From: Rhynchopus sp. YZ270_cl-10
Taxonomy: Eukaryota
DNA: 64,000 nt
NCBI GenBank assembly: GCA_964035575.1
Contig: OZ037833.1
Location: forward strand, 310,001 to 374,000
Direction: 5' to 3'
In this document: piece by piece, positions 1 through 13,900 of the stretch
How the letters are laid out: every line of letters begins with the position of its first letter
How positions within the stretch are numbered: the first letter of the stretch is position 1
Made by a program: the position numbers and the translations under genes
The notes under the pieces: model-generated
What the model was told of the DNA's origin: nothing
The model's database searches: none
What the model saw: only the letters and a program-made list of their open reading frames with translations

Positions 1-81
1 AAAAAAAAAAAGGAAAAAAAAATAAAAAATCTCGAATCCTTATTTTCACTTTCGCTAAGGATCTACCCTGCTGCGGTACCG

Positions 82-115
<34 letters not shown>

Positions 116-594
116 AAAAATTGTTGGAATAGTGTAGCCACCTGTGCAAGCTCCACTGTGCTCGTGAAAACCTCAAAAGAAGTATTGCGCGCCGTGGCGG
201 ACATTTCAACAATTGTGACATAAAAAGCAGGAGGCAACACGATTGGGTGAAGTTATCAATGTTACATCGACGAGGAAAGCTCCCCAGTTGCACTTTATGG
301 CAGTGTGGCAGATCTCTTGCCCCAGCACCGGGAATCCTTCATGTGCCATCCGCCTTCACTATCAGGACGTCTGCTGAGAAGGAAGAGAAGGCGAACCGGA
401 AGCTTCTACGGGAGGAAATTGCCAGTTTGGTGCCGGGCAAGCCACGAAGAGGAGTTGCAGTGGCAGAGGAGACAAGGTGGCAGAGTGTCAGGATGACGAC
501 CTGTGCGCCTGGGAGGAGTGACATGTGTGAAGTCATCCACAATGGATTATGAGAAAAAAAATCAAAAAAAAAAAAGTTTTATTACGGGTGCGCA

Positions 595-660
595 ATATTA
601 CGGGGCGCATAATTATGGGTAAATATTGGAGTTACCCATAATTATGCGCCCCCGTAATAT
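595..660. repeat. Short foldback hairpin
   Basis: ATATTACGGGGCGCATAATTATGGGTAA, 9-nt loop, then TTACCCATAATTATGCGCCCCCGTAATAT; near-perfect inverted repeat. Confidence 0.85.
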
Positions 661-1311
661 AGCGCCGCACTGTGGGCAGAAATTCCCGATCGAAGTGACT
701 GCTTGCATGCCTGTGAGGTCAACAGTCGACAACGATGTGCACTTATATAAGAAGCCGTCCCCGATCGAAGTGACTGCTTGTAGGCCTGAGAGGTCAACAG
801 TCGACAACATTGTACAGTCAGTTAGGAACCGGCGCCCAATGGCGGTGACGAAGGGCAACTTTGATAGGTCCAGTATGGTGTCGCAGTGAGGAAGGGAAGT
901 GTCACGAATGTCATCCACAATCGACACGCAACTGGAACCAATGCACGTTACTGCACTTCCCTCGAAGAAGTCATCAGGGATCGCAGTCACAACTTCTGCC
1001 TGCAGAAGCAAGGAAGCCACCTTCGGATCGGTCACCTCCTTCAACCTTTTATCTGTGATGTCGGTCTCACCCAGTGCGTGAAGTGCTGCTATGGCCTCGT
1101 ATTTCGTCGTTTTCGTCAGTACTACTTTGTCCCCAGCACTCAGTTCTGTGATGTCCTCCCCTTCCTCCTTCCCTCCGAAGCCCATACGAAAGCTGTCTTC
1201 GGCCAACCCCGTTGCTGTCGCCACCTTCCGACGCAGGGCCTCCGTTGTGTCATCCTCACCCACCTCGATCACATGCTCCGTTTCGTCATAGCCCTGTATC
1301 GTCACATCCAT
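613..1311 (-). pseudogene. Ubiquitin-like + LRR (BspA-like) protein, copy 1, 3'-truncated
   Basis: ATG 1311 (MDVTIQGYDETEHVIEVGEDDTTEALRRKVA..., ubiquitin-like N-terminus). Near-identical to the gene at 19606-20895, but similarity stops after ~2 LRRs at ~680, where unrelated hairpin DNA supplies the stop. Confidence 0.75.
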
Positions 1312-2004
1312 TTTTTGTGTCTTTCTCTGCTTCTCTGTTTGTGGTGTTGTGGGATCAGGGAAGAAACAGGGAGCCCAACTCCCCCGCACGAAATCGCCAA
1401 CTAGTTGCTCTGTAACCGCACGCAGCCATGTGGCACTTTTGCTATGAAGATGTCCAGTCCAAAGGACTGTGTGCGATGGTGGGGTGGGGCGATTTGGGGA
1501 ATTCACAAAAAGTCAACCGTGCAAAATGACACCCGTGTCGCGTGTGTTTGCCTCGTTGTGAATTTTTGTGAATTTTTCTTGGAGAAAAAGTCCTCTTATC
1601 ACCTCAATGGTGTGTTCAATTTCTTTTTTTCAAAAGGCGACGAGGTTTGGAGAGGGTGGGTGAGTTACGTATTTTTAGTTTTTTGTCGTGTACTCCCTGT
1701 CGAGGGCACGTTGTGTATCTGCACCTTCACACCCACAACTCTCCCAAACAAAACGCTCTGCAACAACACAGCGCATAGGGAGTTGCTACCCAGTGGTCTT
1801 ACATCATGCAGAGCAATCAAAAGCCTCACAATCTGAAATGCCTCCTCCCCCTCCCATCTGAACTATACCACGGACCAGTCGGGTCAACTACGTCGTTTCG
1901 ACAGTTAAAAATCACGACAGGTGATCCAGCCCTTCCGAAGGTCCCCTTGCTCACCTCTTTCACGATTTAAGAAACCGCAGAAATGTTGAAAATAAATATC
2001 TTTT

Positions 2005-2466
2005 TCACAACCGAAAGAAATTGAACATCAGCGCCGCGACTGTGGTGACGAACTGAATAGCGTTGAGGCTTTGTTTGTATTCGACGCCAAGGCTGGCGAG
2101 GAGCAAGAGACCGATGAACGCTGCGACCACGACTGGGCTGTAGTGCCGCCACGGTGCTGTGTACGCCGTTAAGAAGATAACCCCATAGGTACCTACGTAG
2201 AGAATGTTCCCCACCGTCGAGATGCCAATGAACACCTGCGCTGCCGTCGACGCCGCCGTCATGCCGATCAGCTTCAGCATCACCATTTCCTCCTCTGCTG
2301 TCATCGCAGGCTCGCGCAGCCGCGCCCCCTTGCGCACACCCCCCAAGGCATCCGCTGCATGCCTCCCGTCGACAGACACCCAACGTTCGTCGTCCTTCGC
2401 TGTGACCTTTCCGTACAGTGGACCAGGTCTTCCCTTGCAGAGCAGCCCTCTGGCAGTGCGCAGCAT
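2005..2466 (-). CDS. Small hypothetical multi-pass membrane protein (153 aa)
   Basis: ATG-initiated ORF in a GC-rich island; C-terminal half has ~4 hydrophobic segments. No family recognised. Confidence 0.5.
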   Translation of the reverse strand: MLRTARGLLCKGRPGPLYGKVTAKDDERWVSVDGRHAADALGGVRKGARLREPAMTAEEEMVMLKLIGMTAASTAAQVFIGISTVGNILYVGTYGVIFLTAYTAPWRHYSPVVVAAFIGLLLLASLGVEYKQSLNAIQFVTTVAALMFNFFRL

Positions 2467-2644
2467 ATATCTGTTTCTGCCTGTCGAATAGAGGAGGGGG
2501 TTGGGTAGGGGGAGGGGGAGGGAAAGCCTCTACCTTAATAAATAAAGAATTCGAAACGTATCCCAGATTTGGGTAGGTCCTACCAGCAGGTTGGTACTGT
2601 ACTACAAAGTACCCGTCTTGAAACACAGAGACGACGTTGGGGAA

Positions 2645-2701
2645 TGACTTCCTGCTGCAGGTTCACCTACAGCAACGTTGTTACGACTTTTGCTTCCTCT
2701 A
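2645..2701 (-). rRNA. Isolated fragment of the 18S rRNA 3' end (not a full gene)
   Basis: Minus strand reads TAGAGGAAGCAAAAGTCGTAACAACGTTGCTGTAGGTGAACCTGCAGCAGG, the conserved SSU 3' terminus in a euglenozoan-type variant. Flanks are not rRNA. Confidence 0.85.
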
Positions 2702-4959
2702 GCTGAACACAGATCATAGAGTCTTAACCACGCGGACGGGATGCTTCACAGTGGCAGAGGTGAGCCAGAGGCCCGCCTATACCCCAAGTGGTGAAGAAGG
2801 CTGCCCTCATGATGACCCAAAGACACTCCCAAAAGGTCCATCCTTTTGTTGTTGGTACGCTACCCCCCGAAAGACGTACACACACACTCCTTCGCGCGGT
2901 GTGGGGGGTCACCCTGAAAAAAGGGAGAAAGCTTGAGGGAACGGGGTGAATATTTTTTGTTCTAATTCTAAAACCATTTTGTTTTCGGTGGGTGAAAAGA
3001 AAAGGGTAGGGGGAGAAATGGTGAAGCGGTGTTGTGGGCAAGAGAAGAGAATACCCTTCTCGTTACATGACGTGTTTCAAGTGGGGTATACAGGGTAAAA
3101 GGAGAATGAGTGCCCTCTACTGATATCTGATCAATGCCTTTTAAATTTTGTTTTTTTGTTTGTACCTACCAAACGTAAAGGAGAAATAGTTCCTGCGATA
3201 TGGTCGCCAAATCACCCCCTCCCTCCAGGGTAATTGAGCAAGCGAAAAAAAAAAAAAATAGCAGTTTTCCATATCAGAGGATTTGCAGTAGGTGTGGGTT
3301 GTTGTTTCTAGGTGGGGGGGAGCGGGGGGGGGGGTTCAATCAAAAGGAAGATGAAAGAAGGAATCGATAAATAGTTTCAAAATAAAAATAGAAAAAAAAA
3401 CTTTAAAATCCTCAGAATTTGAGAGCCTTCTCTCTCATCATAAAAACATAGAGAAAAGAGTGAATATTTTTGGAGGAGTTTTTCGTTCAAACTCCGCAAA
3501 AAAATTTCAGGCAAAAAAAAAATAATTCAGGCGGAATAGTTTTGAACACATCAAAATTAGTTTCATATGTGTTCAAAGCAAAGCGTTGAAATACAAAGCC
3601 CTCTCGTGAACAGCGTGCTTTGGTACAATGACCGGCTGTACCGGGGGGGGGGGGGGGGTGGACACCCCAACCCCATTTCGTGGTTTACATCTGATGATCA
3701 AAGAAGAGGGAAAGGACCAGGGGCTCCGCTACCGTATAAAAGTGTTACTTGTCGTTCCCTCACCCCCCTTCTTGTAGTTGTTTGATGCGTTGACGCTTCC
3801 ACACACACTAAAAATTACCTGTTGGTTGGTGGTGTTGCGGAGCACGGTTGGGTGAGTGAACGACGTGACACTTTCCGCTCACAAAGTAGTGTGCGTAAAA
3901 GTTCTGTTGCGGCGCAACAGAAGTCTGAAAAAAAGGGGGGGAAAAAAAAAAAAAAAAAAAATCCCATGGTGTTGAACCACGGGAGTACCATGGGAACTGG
4001 GTTGCTGACCGCACCATCCGGGCTGTACCTCAATTTTTTTTTTGCCTGCGGCGCCATTTTTCCTTTTTTGCTCCGCAAAAAAGGATTCGATGTGTGAATC
4101 TGTGCTGAAAAAGCTAGATTTTTACACCGTGCCCTAAATTTTTTTTCGCCTGCGGCGCCATTTGTTTGATTTTTTTTTTGCTCCGCAAAAAAAATACAGT
4201 TCCCAATGTCCCTGGTCAGCAGGGCTGAAAAATTTTTGGGCACAAAAACAGCTGACCCCCCAATCTTGAAATCTGAATTCCTGGATAAGACACTGGCGCA
4301 GGGTGAAAAAAAACCCCCCGCAACAGAACTCAAAAAAAATCTGAAAACGTAGCGGAGGGGCTGGAAAGTACATCAAAAAAAAAAAAAAAGGCACCTCCCT
4401 CCTTTGTACTCCCTCCAGGTGCGAGGTGTACATCAGTGTAGGTGCAGAGAAAGGCAAAACGTGAAGTTCACGGTGCAAGGCACTAGAAAAAAAGAAAAAG
4501 AGAACAGAAAAAAAAAAACGATGAAAAAGACGAACCTATTCTAGGGGGTTTCTATGGAAGTGCAACCTCTACGAAAAAGAAATACGACTTGAAAATACAA
4601 ACTCTCGTGACAGTGTACCTCAAAAAAAGAAGAAATTTTATTAGATCCTAAGCCTCTCATGCTTAGTCACCTTGGCATCAAATGATGAGAGTGGGGAAAA
4701 TATTGGTTTAATTCTAAAAAAAAAGCGGGGGTGAAAAAGTCCATTGAAAGACGAGGTGGAACAGTGCAAACGCCTCACCGTGCAACCGGTGAAGACGCAG
4801 ACTACTGTTTTATTGAAATAATAGTGGGGTGAGATGAACTGAACAGTTTTTGGTCACCAAAAAAATAGAAATAAGGAGTTTTGAAACGCATCTCGGATTC
4901 TCAGTCGAGCTCATGCAAAGGGTGGGAACGTAAATAAACAGAGAGCGGGGGGTATTTTT

Positions 4960-7900
4960 TCACAACCTGCGCGAATGTTTCTCAAAGTTGTGGCGTCCAG
5001 CATCGCCTCGATCGCCACCACGGTACGCATTACGACGCTGCATGCTTGCTACCCCTGCCACGTGGCTCTGGTCGTACGCATCCACTTCATCACTGTAGTC
5101 TGACGTATACGAACCAGGTGACCCTGTCATTTCCTCCGTATAGTATGCTGTGAAGAAAGAAGAATAATTTACCCCATTTTTTTTTGACAAATTTGAACTT
5201 TGTTGGTTCAGGCCATCCATCCGATGGTCTCCTTTTGCAACTAAATCCATAGAACCCCCGCGATTCTTTTTTAGTTTCACCCACAATGAACCCTTCTCCG
5301 TATCAGAAAAAGAAGATGATCTTTTTGTGCACTCAAAGCCCGGAAAACAAAAAAAGGTGAAAAATATGTGTTTAATTTACTCAAAGAAACACGCTTCTGT
5401 CTTTTTTCAATCCAGTTTTTTGTTTTTCCCGCGATGTTTCCATTCTTTAGAATTTGACAATTATTTTATCAGAAAAAACCCCCAAAAAAGACATACATCC
5501 GTAATACGAATCTGAATGGCTGCTCCAATCAGCGCCCCTCTCCGCTGGGGGTGGTGACAAGACCGCACCGTCCCCTCCCCCTGCACGCTGCTGCTGCCGC
5601 CGTTGTCGCAGCACGGACCCCTCCCCACCACCACCACCACCACCACCTCTCCTCTGCGGGGTCCGACACTCCCCGTGCGTCACCACCTCCCGCGCCCTCC
5701 CTTCAGGGCTGGGCGGCGGGAACGCGCCATGAATAGGGTTCGCAGGCGACACCTCACGCAAGGGGTTCGGCGCATTTCCCTTCCCCCCCGCTTCTCCTCC
5801 CGCTCCTCCCTCTTCTCCCTCCCCTTCACTGAGGTATTCCTCGTCATACTCAACAGAGTTGATGTCGGTAGCTCCACAATCGACATCGTGCTGTTCACTA
5901 CCCCTTCTTTTATAGAGGCAGAATGCAGCAATGAAGGTAGCCCCAAGCAATGCGACAGCACCGAGGAGGAGGATGTACCAGTATTGTTTGATGAATGGGG
6001 TGGTCTCATTTGAGGTAGGTTTGGGCGAGGTTTGGAGCGACTCGGTCACGCCCCCGGTGAGGTAGAGGACGGAGCGGAGATTTGTGTAGTCTTGACTGTC
6101 GTTCGCGCTTTTGAGAAAAACGTCTGTCAGCTCATTGCTCGAAACCCCAGACCCATCCGGCGTATCAGCAAAGAGAAGAGACAACGAGACCGACCCGGGG
6201 TGAACATTGAACACCACAAGCCGTTCTATCGTAATCGGGGTGACCGTGGTGTCGGCGCTCCGGAACTGAAAGCTTTTTTGCATAAATTGCACCGCCTTGG
6301 TACGCCAGGCTGCCTCACTGAAGCTCTCTATATCATACCTCAACGCCAAATTCAACACCCTTCGCGACCCTTCTGAAGGCACATACGGGATATAAGCTTC
6401 AGGAGTTGCCTCAAAGAACGACATACTCCCTGTATTCTGTGGTGTCGCTGCACCCCCCTTAGAAATGACAGAAACACTCCAAGGGTTATACAACGAGGCG
6501 CCACGAGGAATTTCTAGCTTGCATTGAAAATGTGTTGTCCATAAAAATGAGTCGACCGGAGTGCATCGTGGCGTAGGTGTGATCGTATCGGTGCTTGGGG
6601 TGAAAATGATTTCATGGGATTTGGCGCGAAACATATCAAAATTTTTTCCATAAATTGTGAGAAGCCCGGATTCGCAGAAATGCACGTCACGAGCGAAGGG
6701 TGTGGTGATTGTGCTGTCGTTGATGTTCACTGCGGCGACAGTACTCTCGCAGAAGGCCCCCGCAAACCCTTCCACCTCGAAGTTGCTGTTCTCGGTTGAA
6801 TACGGTGAGATCTCGACGAAGTTTTCGCTAGCCACCCCATTGCTTAGAATTCGCACCTCCCAATGCACCCCGACAGTAGTCCCGGAGAGCACCTCATCCC
6901 TCTCGAAGTGGAGCTCACAGCGGATAATCGATGCGTTCACGACAACAACGTTTTTACAGTGCGCGGACTTCAGAACACTGTCCTCACCCCCTACTTTGGT
7001 GAGATAAACGCTGGTACGTTGAACCGCTTCGTTGATGGGATACACCCCTTTTGTATAAAGAAAGAGCCACCCTGCCTCAGCTCTGTCATCGTAGGTGTTC
7101 CTCCCAATGCAGTTACTTCCCAGGGTAGGTCGGTGTTGCGATACAGTACAGCCCCCGCCGGATAAGCCTTCAATTCGAATCTGCGGTGAAGGGGTGTACA
7201 AAACACCTTCCTGGATCGAGACCCCAGCAGGGGTGGCAACAGAGACCCGGAAGGTGCCGGATATTCCTACGTGGAGCAGCACGTCGCAGAAGAGGGTAGA
7301 GTTTTGCACAGAGGTTACCTTACAGAGCGGTGTGAACCCAGCGTCATCTCGCGAAACTGCTGTGAAAGCGACATGGTTCTCTTCAGGGTCGGGGTGCACA
7401 TTGTTGCATGAAATTTCCAGTAATGTTCCCCCTGTACACGAAGCTACCTCAGAAGCAAACCCGCCCTCCGTACACCCCCCGCCCCGCAATCCGAGCAACA
7501 CTGGTACCGGAGCAATGAGGTGCAGAACGATGTGTTGGGCCGAAGAAACTCCTCGAGAGGTGACCTGAACAACCCAGCCGTCTCCCCCAGCAGCTTCTGT
7601 GGGTACGTGAAGAAGGCAGGTTAAGAGTTGGGTGTTATGCATGCCAAACTGTGGTACAACGTCGATCACTGTGCAAGATGGAGCCTGGCCGACACTACTA
7701 CCTACAAAACGGACCGAAGAGAGCTCCGCTGTTTGCAGATGCGAGGTTTGTATGGTGACGACACCTCCGGCACATTGGGAATATGTTGAGTCACCGTTCG
7801 CGATGCACCCCGCACCACTCACCGCCAGCAACACCGGGGACGGGATGAACACCACCAACGGCGCTGCCTGAGGTGCCGAAACCAGCCCTTCTGTCGCCAC

Positions 7901-10900
7901 AACCACCCGCATCGTCATCACCTCAGAGGCCGCACGAAGCGCGCACCTCAGCTGCACAGTCGACACCACCACCACCTCCGAGCACACCGGCACCCCCATC
8001 CCCCCCACCTCCAACGGGATCAACTCCAGCGTCGTTGTACTCTTAAAATTCGCCCCGAACACCTGCATTTCCCCTTCTCCGCATACTGTCGACCCATTTC
8101 CATCTGCTCTACAGGCAGATCCCTCAATACGGAACACTACCGGTGCATACTCTGTCTCGATTCTTAGAACCGGAGGGGACGTAGCGCGCACACCGTTTGT
8201 CGTAACGATGACCCTCCATGGACCAGAAGGGGAGCCTTCAGGGATGCGGAGGTTGCACTGTATTTCTGTGTAACTTCCCTTCTGCACAACGCACTCTGGA
8301 GTTTCCACCGCGTCGTCTGAACCATCAAGAAGAAACCCCACTGTCGTATCATCCACCCTAGGTGACAAATGAGTACCTGCAATGCGAAGGACCCCACCCC
8401 GGCAATTATGTAGTGCATCCAAAAAAATGTTTTCCGTCGACACGCAGCCGCCCCCGGAAAGCCCTGTCGTTGCAGGGAATGTTGGCAGCGTTGTGATATA
8501 TACTGCAGAACTGAAGGAGCGGGGGCCTCCTCCGTCCCCTACGTCGATTAAAACCTCCCAATCACCATGAGATCCGGAAGGAAGCAGTAACACACATTCG
8601 AGCACCCCAAATTCATCCATTACGGTAGGCCCTGGGGTGCACAGAGGGGTGACCACATCGGCATTGCTTCGAGTAGGTTTGAAGGTAATATGGTTTGTCC
8701 CCCCCTTCTTGGTAGTTGCAAACCCGGTTCCTCGAATCTGCAGAGGAGCCCCTCCGGAGCAGCTATGATATGAATTGCGCTCTGAGGTTCCTTCTCGAAG
8801 ACATCCACCCCCTCCAGCAAGCGTACTAAAGGTGGCATGAGGGGAGATATGAAGCCTCAAGAAAGAGTCTGAGGTGCTCCATTTTGTTCCATCAAAATAA
8901 CGCAAATAAACCAACACTACCCCTTTAAACCCCGCAATTTGCAGGTCACATTCCACTGCAGCTTCGCCTACAGAAGAGACAGTGCAGATCACACCAGACA
9001 CCTTTTCTTCCACCTCCTCTTCATCGATGAATACCGTGACATTCTCTTTGGAGATTCGCTCATTCACGAAATTTCTGCCTTTAATGGTAATCATGCCGTT
9101 GGTTGTGCAGAATAGAGATTTGAGGCCGTTGGTTTCGGTGAAATCGCAGATTTCTGGTGAAGTGTGGAGGGTAAGGAGGGTTGGGGTGTAGAGCGATTCG
9201 GTGCTGAGAATGCCGATTTTAGAGGCGGATTTGAGGCTGTGTGGTTCGGTGATGTGGATTTCGGTGCTGCCTTGGAGGGTCGAAATATGGAGTTCACAGA
9301 CTATCATTGTATCGTTTACAAAGAGGGTTGGGCAGGAGGCCGTTCCCGAAGAGCCTTCTGTCAGCAGAAAGGTAACCTCTGAGAGTCTCAAATTCCTCCC
9401 TATGGCAGTTACCGTTCGTTTCACGCCGTGCACGAAGCTCCCCTCGCAGTGTTGCATCCGCAAGGGTTCTGGCATTTCACAGCTCGCGGAGCGGAGTGAT
9501 TCTAGCATAGGGAACGAAACAGCTACGATCTGAAACGCCTTCGCCTCATCCCATCTTGAGGGAACGTTGTTCGCAAGAACGGAGACCCCCCAGGTGCCCT
9601 CGCTTTCTGGTGCTGTGATGAGGAGACAGCGGATTTGATGTGCTGAAACCTCCTTGATAAAGCAGGAGGGTGGTGTCCGAGAAGTGTCGGCAGAATACAG
9701 GATGACCTGGGTGTGCGCCCCGCTGAAATGCCGGCCGGTGATGATGAGGGTGCCTCCGACGCATCGTTGCAGCGTTCTGCTGGAGTTGCTTTCGCTCTCC
9801 GCACAGCCGCCCCCATACACATCAAATATCTCCGGCGCAGCGAGCGACAGACTCACCGAAACCTCCTCACCCGACCGCAACCCCCCAGACACCAACGAGA
9901 CCCCCCATTTCCCTTCCGCCCCCGCAGCAACCCTAAGGGGGCAGGTCAAAAGATAGGACTGTTCCCTCACAACCGGTGTACAGCTTGGAGGCTCTGAGGT
10001 GCCAGAAAAGTGGACCACATTGTTGGCCCCAAAATTCCGGCCAATAATACTGAGAACCCCGTCGTCGCATCCGAGAAGATCGGGGGAGGTCCCCCCGGTG
10101 CAGCTATCTAATGCTATCAAACTGATGATGGGCGGCGCTGCACGAAGTTCTACAAATATGTCAGAATGCGACGCTATACCGTTTCCGGTGTTCACTTCAA
10201 CCCGCCAGATCCCCGTTGTTTCTGGGGTAACCTCAAGACTGCAACTCATATTACGCACTGCGTCAACCCCATTGGAGACTTCGGTAACCCGACACGTCGG
10301 TTCACCATTTGGAGCAACTCCACCAATGAAGGTGACAACGTTCGCAGGGGGTGTAGTATAATCGAAATTCGTGCCTTCCAGGATGAGGGTCCCCACAGAA
10401 CATCCAGCAAGAGAGAGCGATCCGGACCCGGTCAGGCATGTTTCAGAATAGACTGCGAAGACCTCCGGAGTAGGGTTGGTTATGGTAAGGGTTGGGTACA
10501 CAGATGAATTTGCGGGCATGCGTGACAGCTTTCCGGAGACATCGACAAAGACTTCGTATGTACCTTGGCTTCCCATGGGGACTTCAATTTCGCACATCAA
10601 AACTGAGGTAGAAATGGCGACCCGAGACACCGCACGGCAGAAGATGTCGACGGTAAACCCGGACTGCGTATTTTTAAAAACCATCCGGTTTTCTTCAGGA
10701 GAAACCCTGTTGTATCCCGATCCATACACCGTTACCATGCGGGAGTTTCGCCCCGCATTGCAATCATCGATGTACAACGTATTCTCCCCTCCCACTCCAC
10801 CACACGAAATGCCAGCTATCTCCGGAAACGGCTCCACCAACTCGACAACGTGAACCGCGGAAGAGGAAGAGCGCTGTGCACCTACCCAGACCACGACCTC

Positions 10901-13900
10901 CCAGGTCCCCAACGTGGCTGGGGGTGCCGTGAAGGCGCAGAGAATAAAACTTTCTGTAGCATTAATGATATGACACGTAGGGGCTTCGCTGCCGGTCGGT
11001 GCGGTAAGCGAACCTCCACGGGGTGTATAATGTCGTTGGAAGAGCACTCTGTTTTGATCAGCAGAGAACGGCGCAAAATGGGTTCCATTAATCCGCAGGA
11101 CCCCAGGTCTGCAATCCTGTAGGATGCTGGCGGTGTCAACTTCTAACAGCACTCCGCAGGTAAGCGATGATATGCTACTAATAATTGGAGGGTCAGGATG
11201 TACTGTAAGGAGAACAAACCCGGTTGACATCTGTTCGACTTCCACCCGTACCCTCCATTCTCCAACCGCCCCAGGAGGAACTGACAGCCTGCAGGAAAGC
11301 ACGTCAAACCCCTCTGAGACTGCTATCGCAATACACCCTGGATGCTCTGCGTTCTCCTCACCTTCCTTCGGTTCAAATATAACGGTGTTTTGCTCTGCCT
11401 TTGACGCAAAATAGTTTCCTCTTAAACGCAATATGGCCCCATTTTTGCAGCTCCACAATGAAGAAGACGATGTGCACAACTCAGATTCCGTCAAATTCAG
11501 AACCTCCGGGACTGCAGCGGAAATTGTAAAAAAGTGTTTCGGGGTGTTTTCTTCGATCTGAACGGAATGCGCTGGGCCTGCCCCGTCAACGTCATAGCAA
11601 ACCTTAAGAACCTCGCCTTGGGTGTGCACTGAGGTGTTAAATGGACCAAATGTTCGAACCGATCCGCTGTTGTGCGATCCGGTGGGGTCGGCAGTACGCC
11701 TGCTGAGGCCAGGCCAGGCTGGTTGGTCACAACCATTCTCTGTGACCCACAGTTCGTCGTTCCCGTCCACTGCTAATCGTGAGCCAAAGATTGATATCGA
11801 AAAGGCGGAAAACGTTGTGACAGAGGTCGGGTCCGTTGCAATGCTTGTCAACGTCGTGCCAACGCAGGCATCATTCACGCAGGTTTCTTTCGCAGAAAAG
11901 GGGCTGCCGTCTATACACGGAGACCCATCAAGCGCGCCGGTACAGTTACATTTTACTGCATCTACTCTGCAGGGGGGGTCTGCAAGAAGGGTAATGAGTT
12001 CCTCAAAAAAAATGCCAGGATTTGTCGAAAGGCTGACCCTTAGTACCAACGACGTCGTTCGGTTCTGCGGCACAATACTATAATAATACGACAACAGCCC
12101 ATTTGCCAGCCCTGCTGCGCTGTTTGGCGCATAGCTTTGTTCTCCTCCTCCTCCTCCTCCTCCCTCCATGCCAATGACCACCCGCCACTTCTCGGTGTCC
12201 GGGAAGAAGGCGGTAAGATTCGAAGGTGTTCCGTCACTGCTGAGAATCTGCATGGTCAATGTAAAAGGTTCATTTGGCCGCACAGCGCCATGCAACGTGG
12301 TTACCCCTATAGAACGCAACGAAGCAAACGGCGTTGCCATCACTTCAATGGTCCCTGCATCGACAGACACCCCATCGCTTGAGTACTTCGGGGATCGAAC
12401 CACGAAGGAGACCTGAACGCTAGCAGGGGTATGCGTCACAAAGTGAACCTCAGTAAAAACCGCTACTCCGTTGACCACTGGTTGCACCCCGTTCTCCACC
12501 TTCGCGCCGTCTGCGCAGAGGAATTCAATGGATGGTGCAAAATCCGTGTCTGCCAGTATAGCGGACGGTCCGAACAACGCGACGCGAATCTCAGGGAGAT
12601 TCACACCATGGAACGCCTGAGAAGCCAACGGCGTTTCGATGCGCAGCCCCCACTCCCTTTCCTGCACCCGAACCGCGTTCGGTCCGTTTGCTGGCAAGCT
12701 AAACTCCCTGACGGACTCGCCATCTAATTCATATTGTATTGCGAAGTCACCGTGGCAGAACCCCGACACGGAGACCTCATGCGACACCACGGGGGCAACA
12801 AATTGGAGCGTCGTCGGCGAGAACTGAACACAATCTCTCTTGCTTGCGTAGATCGACAAATAGACTCGTGTACTAGGAACGCGGTTGATGGAGATCGTTA
12901 GGTTGGCTGAAGCAGTACCTTCCTGGGCTGCGAGAATCGGGGCGGACGGGGTAAACGTAAACGGATGCACCACACGAACAAAGATCGGACCCGGCACAGC
13001 AATTCCCGCTTCTTCCGCAAAGGTACAATCAATCTGCAGCATCCCCTCTCCCGCATCACCCAACACCGCCGTAACCGGTATCTCCGCGGTCCGCGCTCCT
13101 GCTGCAAACAAAACAGAGCCAAGAGTTAATCCCGGTGGTCCTGCACACACCATTGTCGTCTCCTGCGGGACACCGCTGCTAAGCTCCACTCTGATGCGTT
13201 CTGTAACATTTGTCACAATAGTTCTGTTTTGATCTACAACCGTCAACCTATCCTCCACTACAACCCAAAACGACGGAGGCACCAACGACACATGCTCCGT
13301 CACCCCCCAAGCCACTTCAAACCTCCCTGCAGCGATTCCTTCTATCTTAAAATTCGCGAATTGTTGGTATCGTGAAAAAGATATTATATGCGGAGTAAAA
13401 ACCAGACCGGAAGCAGACGGGGTAACCTCTACCGGAACAGGAGAAGGGTTTTTGAGTGAAATGGTGAAGACAGTGTCCCCTTCGCCTTCTCCGATCACAT
13501 AGCGTGGAGGGGGTTGGGGGAAGACGTCGAAGCTGAGAGCGTGGATTTCTGTGGAGTTGCTCACCTTGATTTCAAATGAGAATTGCGAAGAGGCGGGAGG
13601 TGTTCCTGTATCGGTCGCAGTGCAGGTTACGTTGGCAGAGCTGGATAGCACGGTGCTGGTATCTGGGGAGATGGTTAAGGTACCTGAGGTGGTGATCGAG
13701 ACAGATTCAAAGACGTTGGGAACGGCAAAGCAGGGGATCGGGTCCTTAACTTCCTGCCCAACCTCAAAGGCATCGTCAGGCTCTGCAGGGAGCACTGCCG
13801 TGAGGAATTCATCGAAGGTTTCGACCTCAAAAGGACTCACCTCGACATATACCCCTCCCTTCCCATCCCTCGGAATTCTCGGACCAAATTCGATTACTGG

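Noticed and set aside
247..552. Possible coding fragment on the plus strand
   Set aside because: No ATG start and no recognisable motif; cannot be supported.
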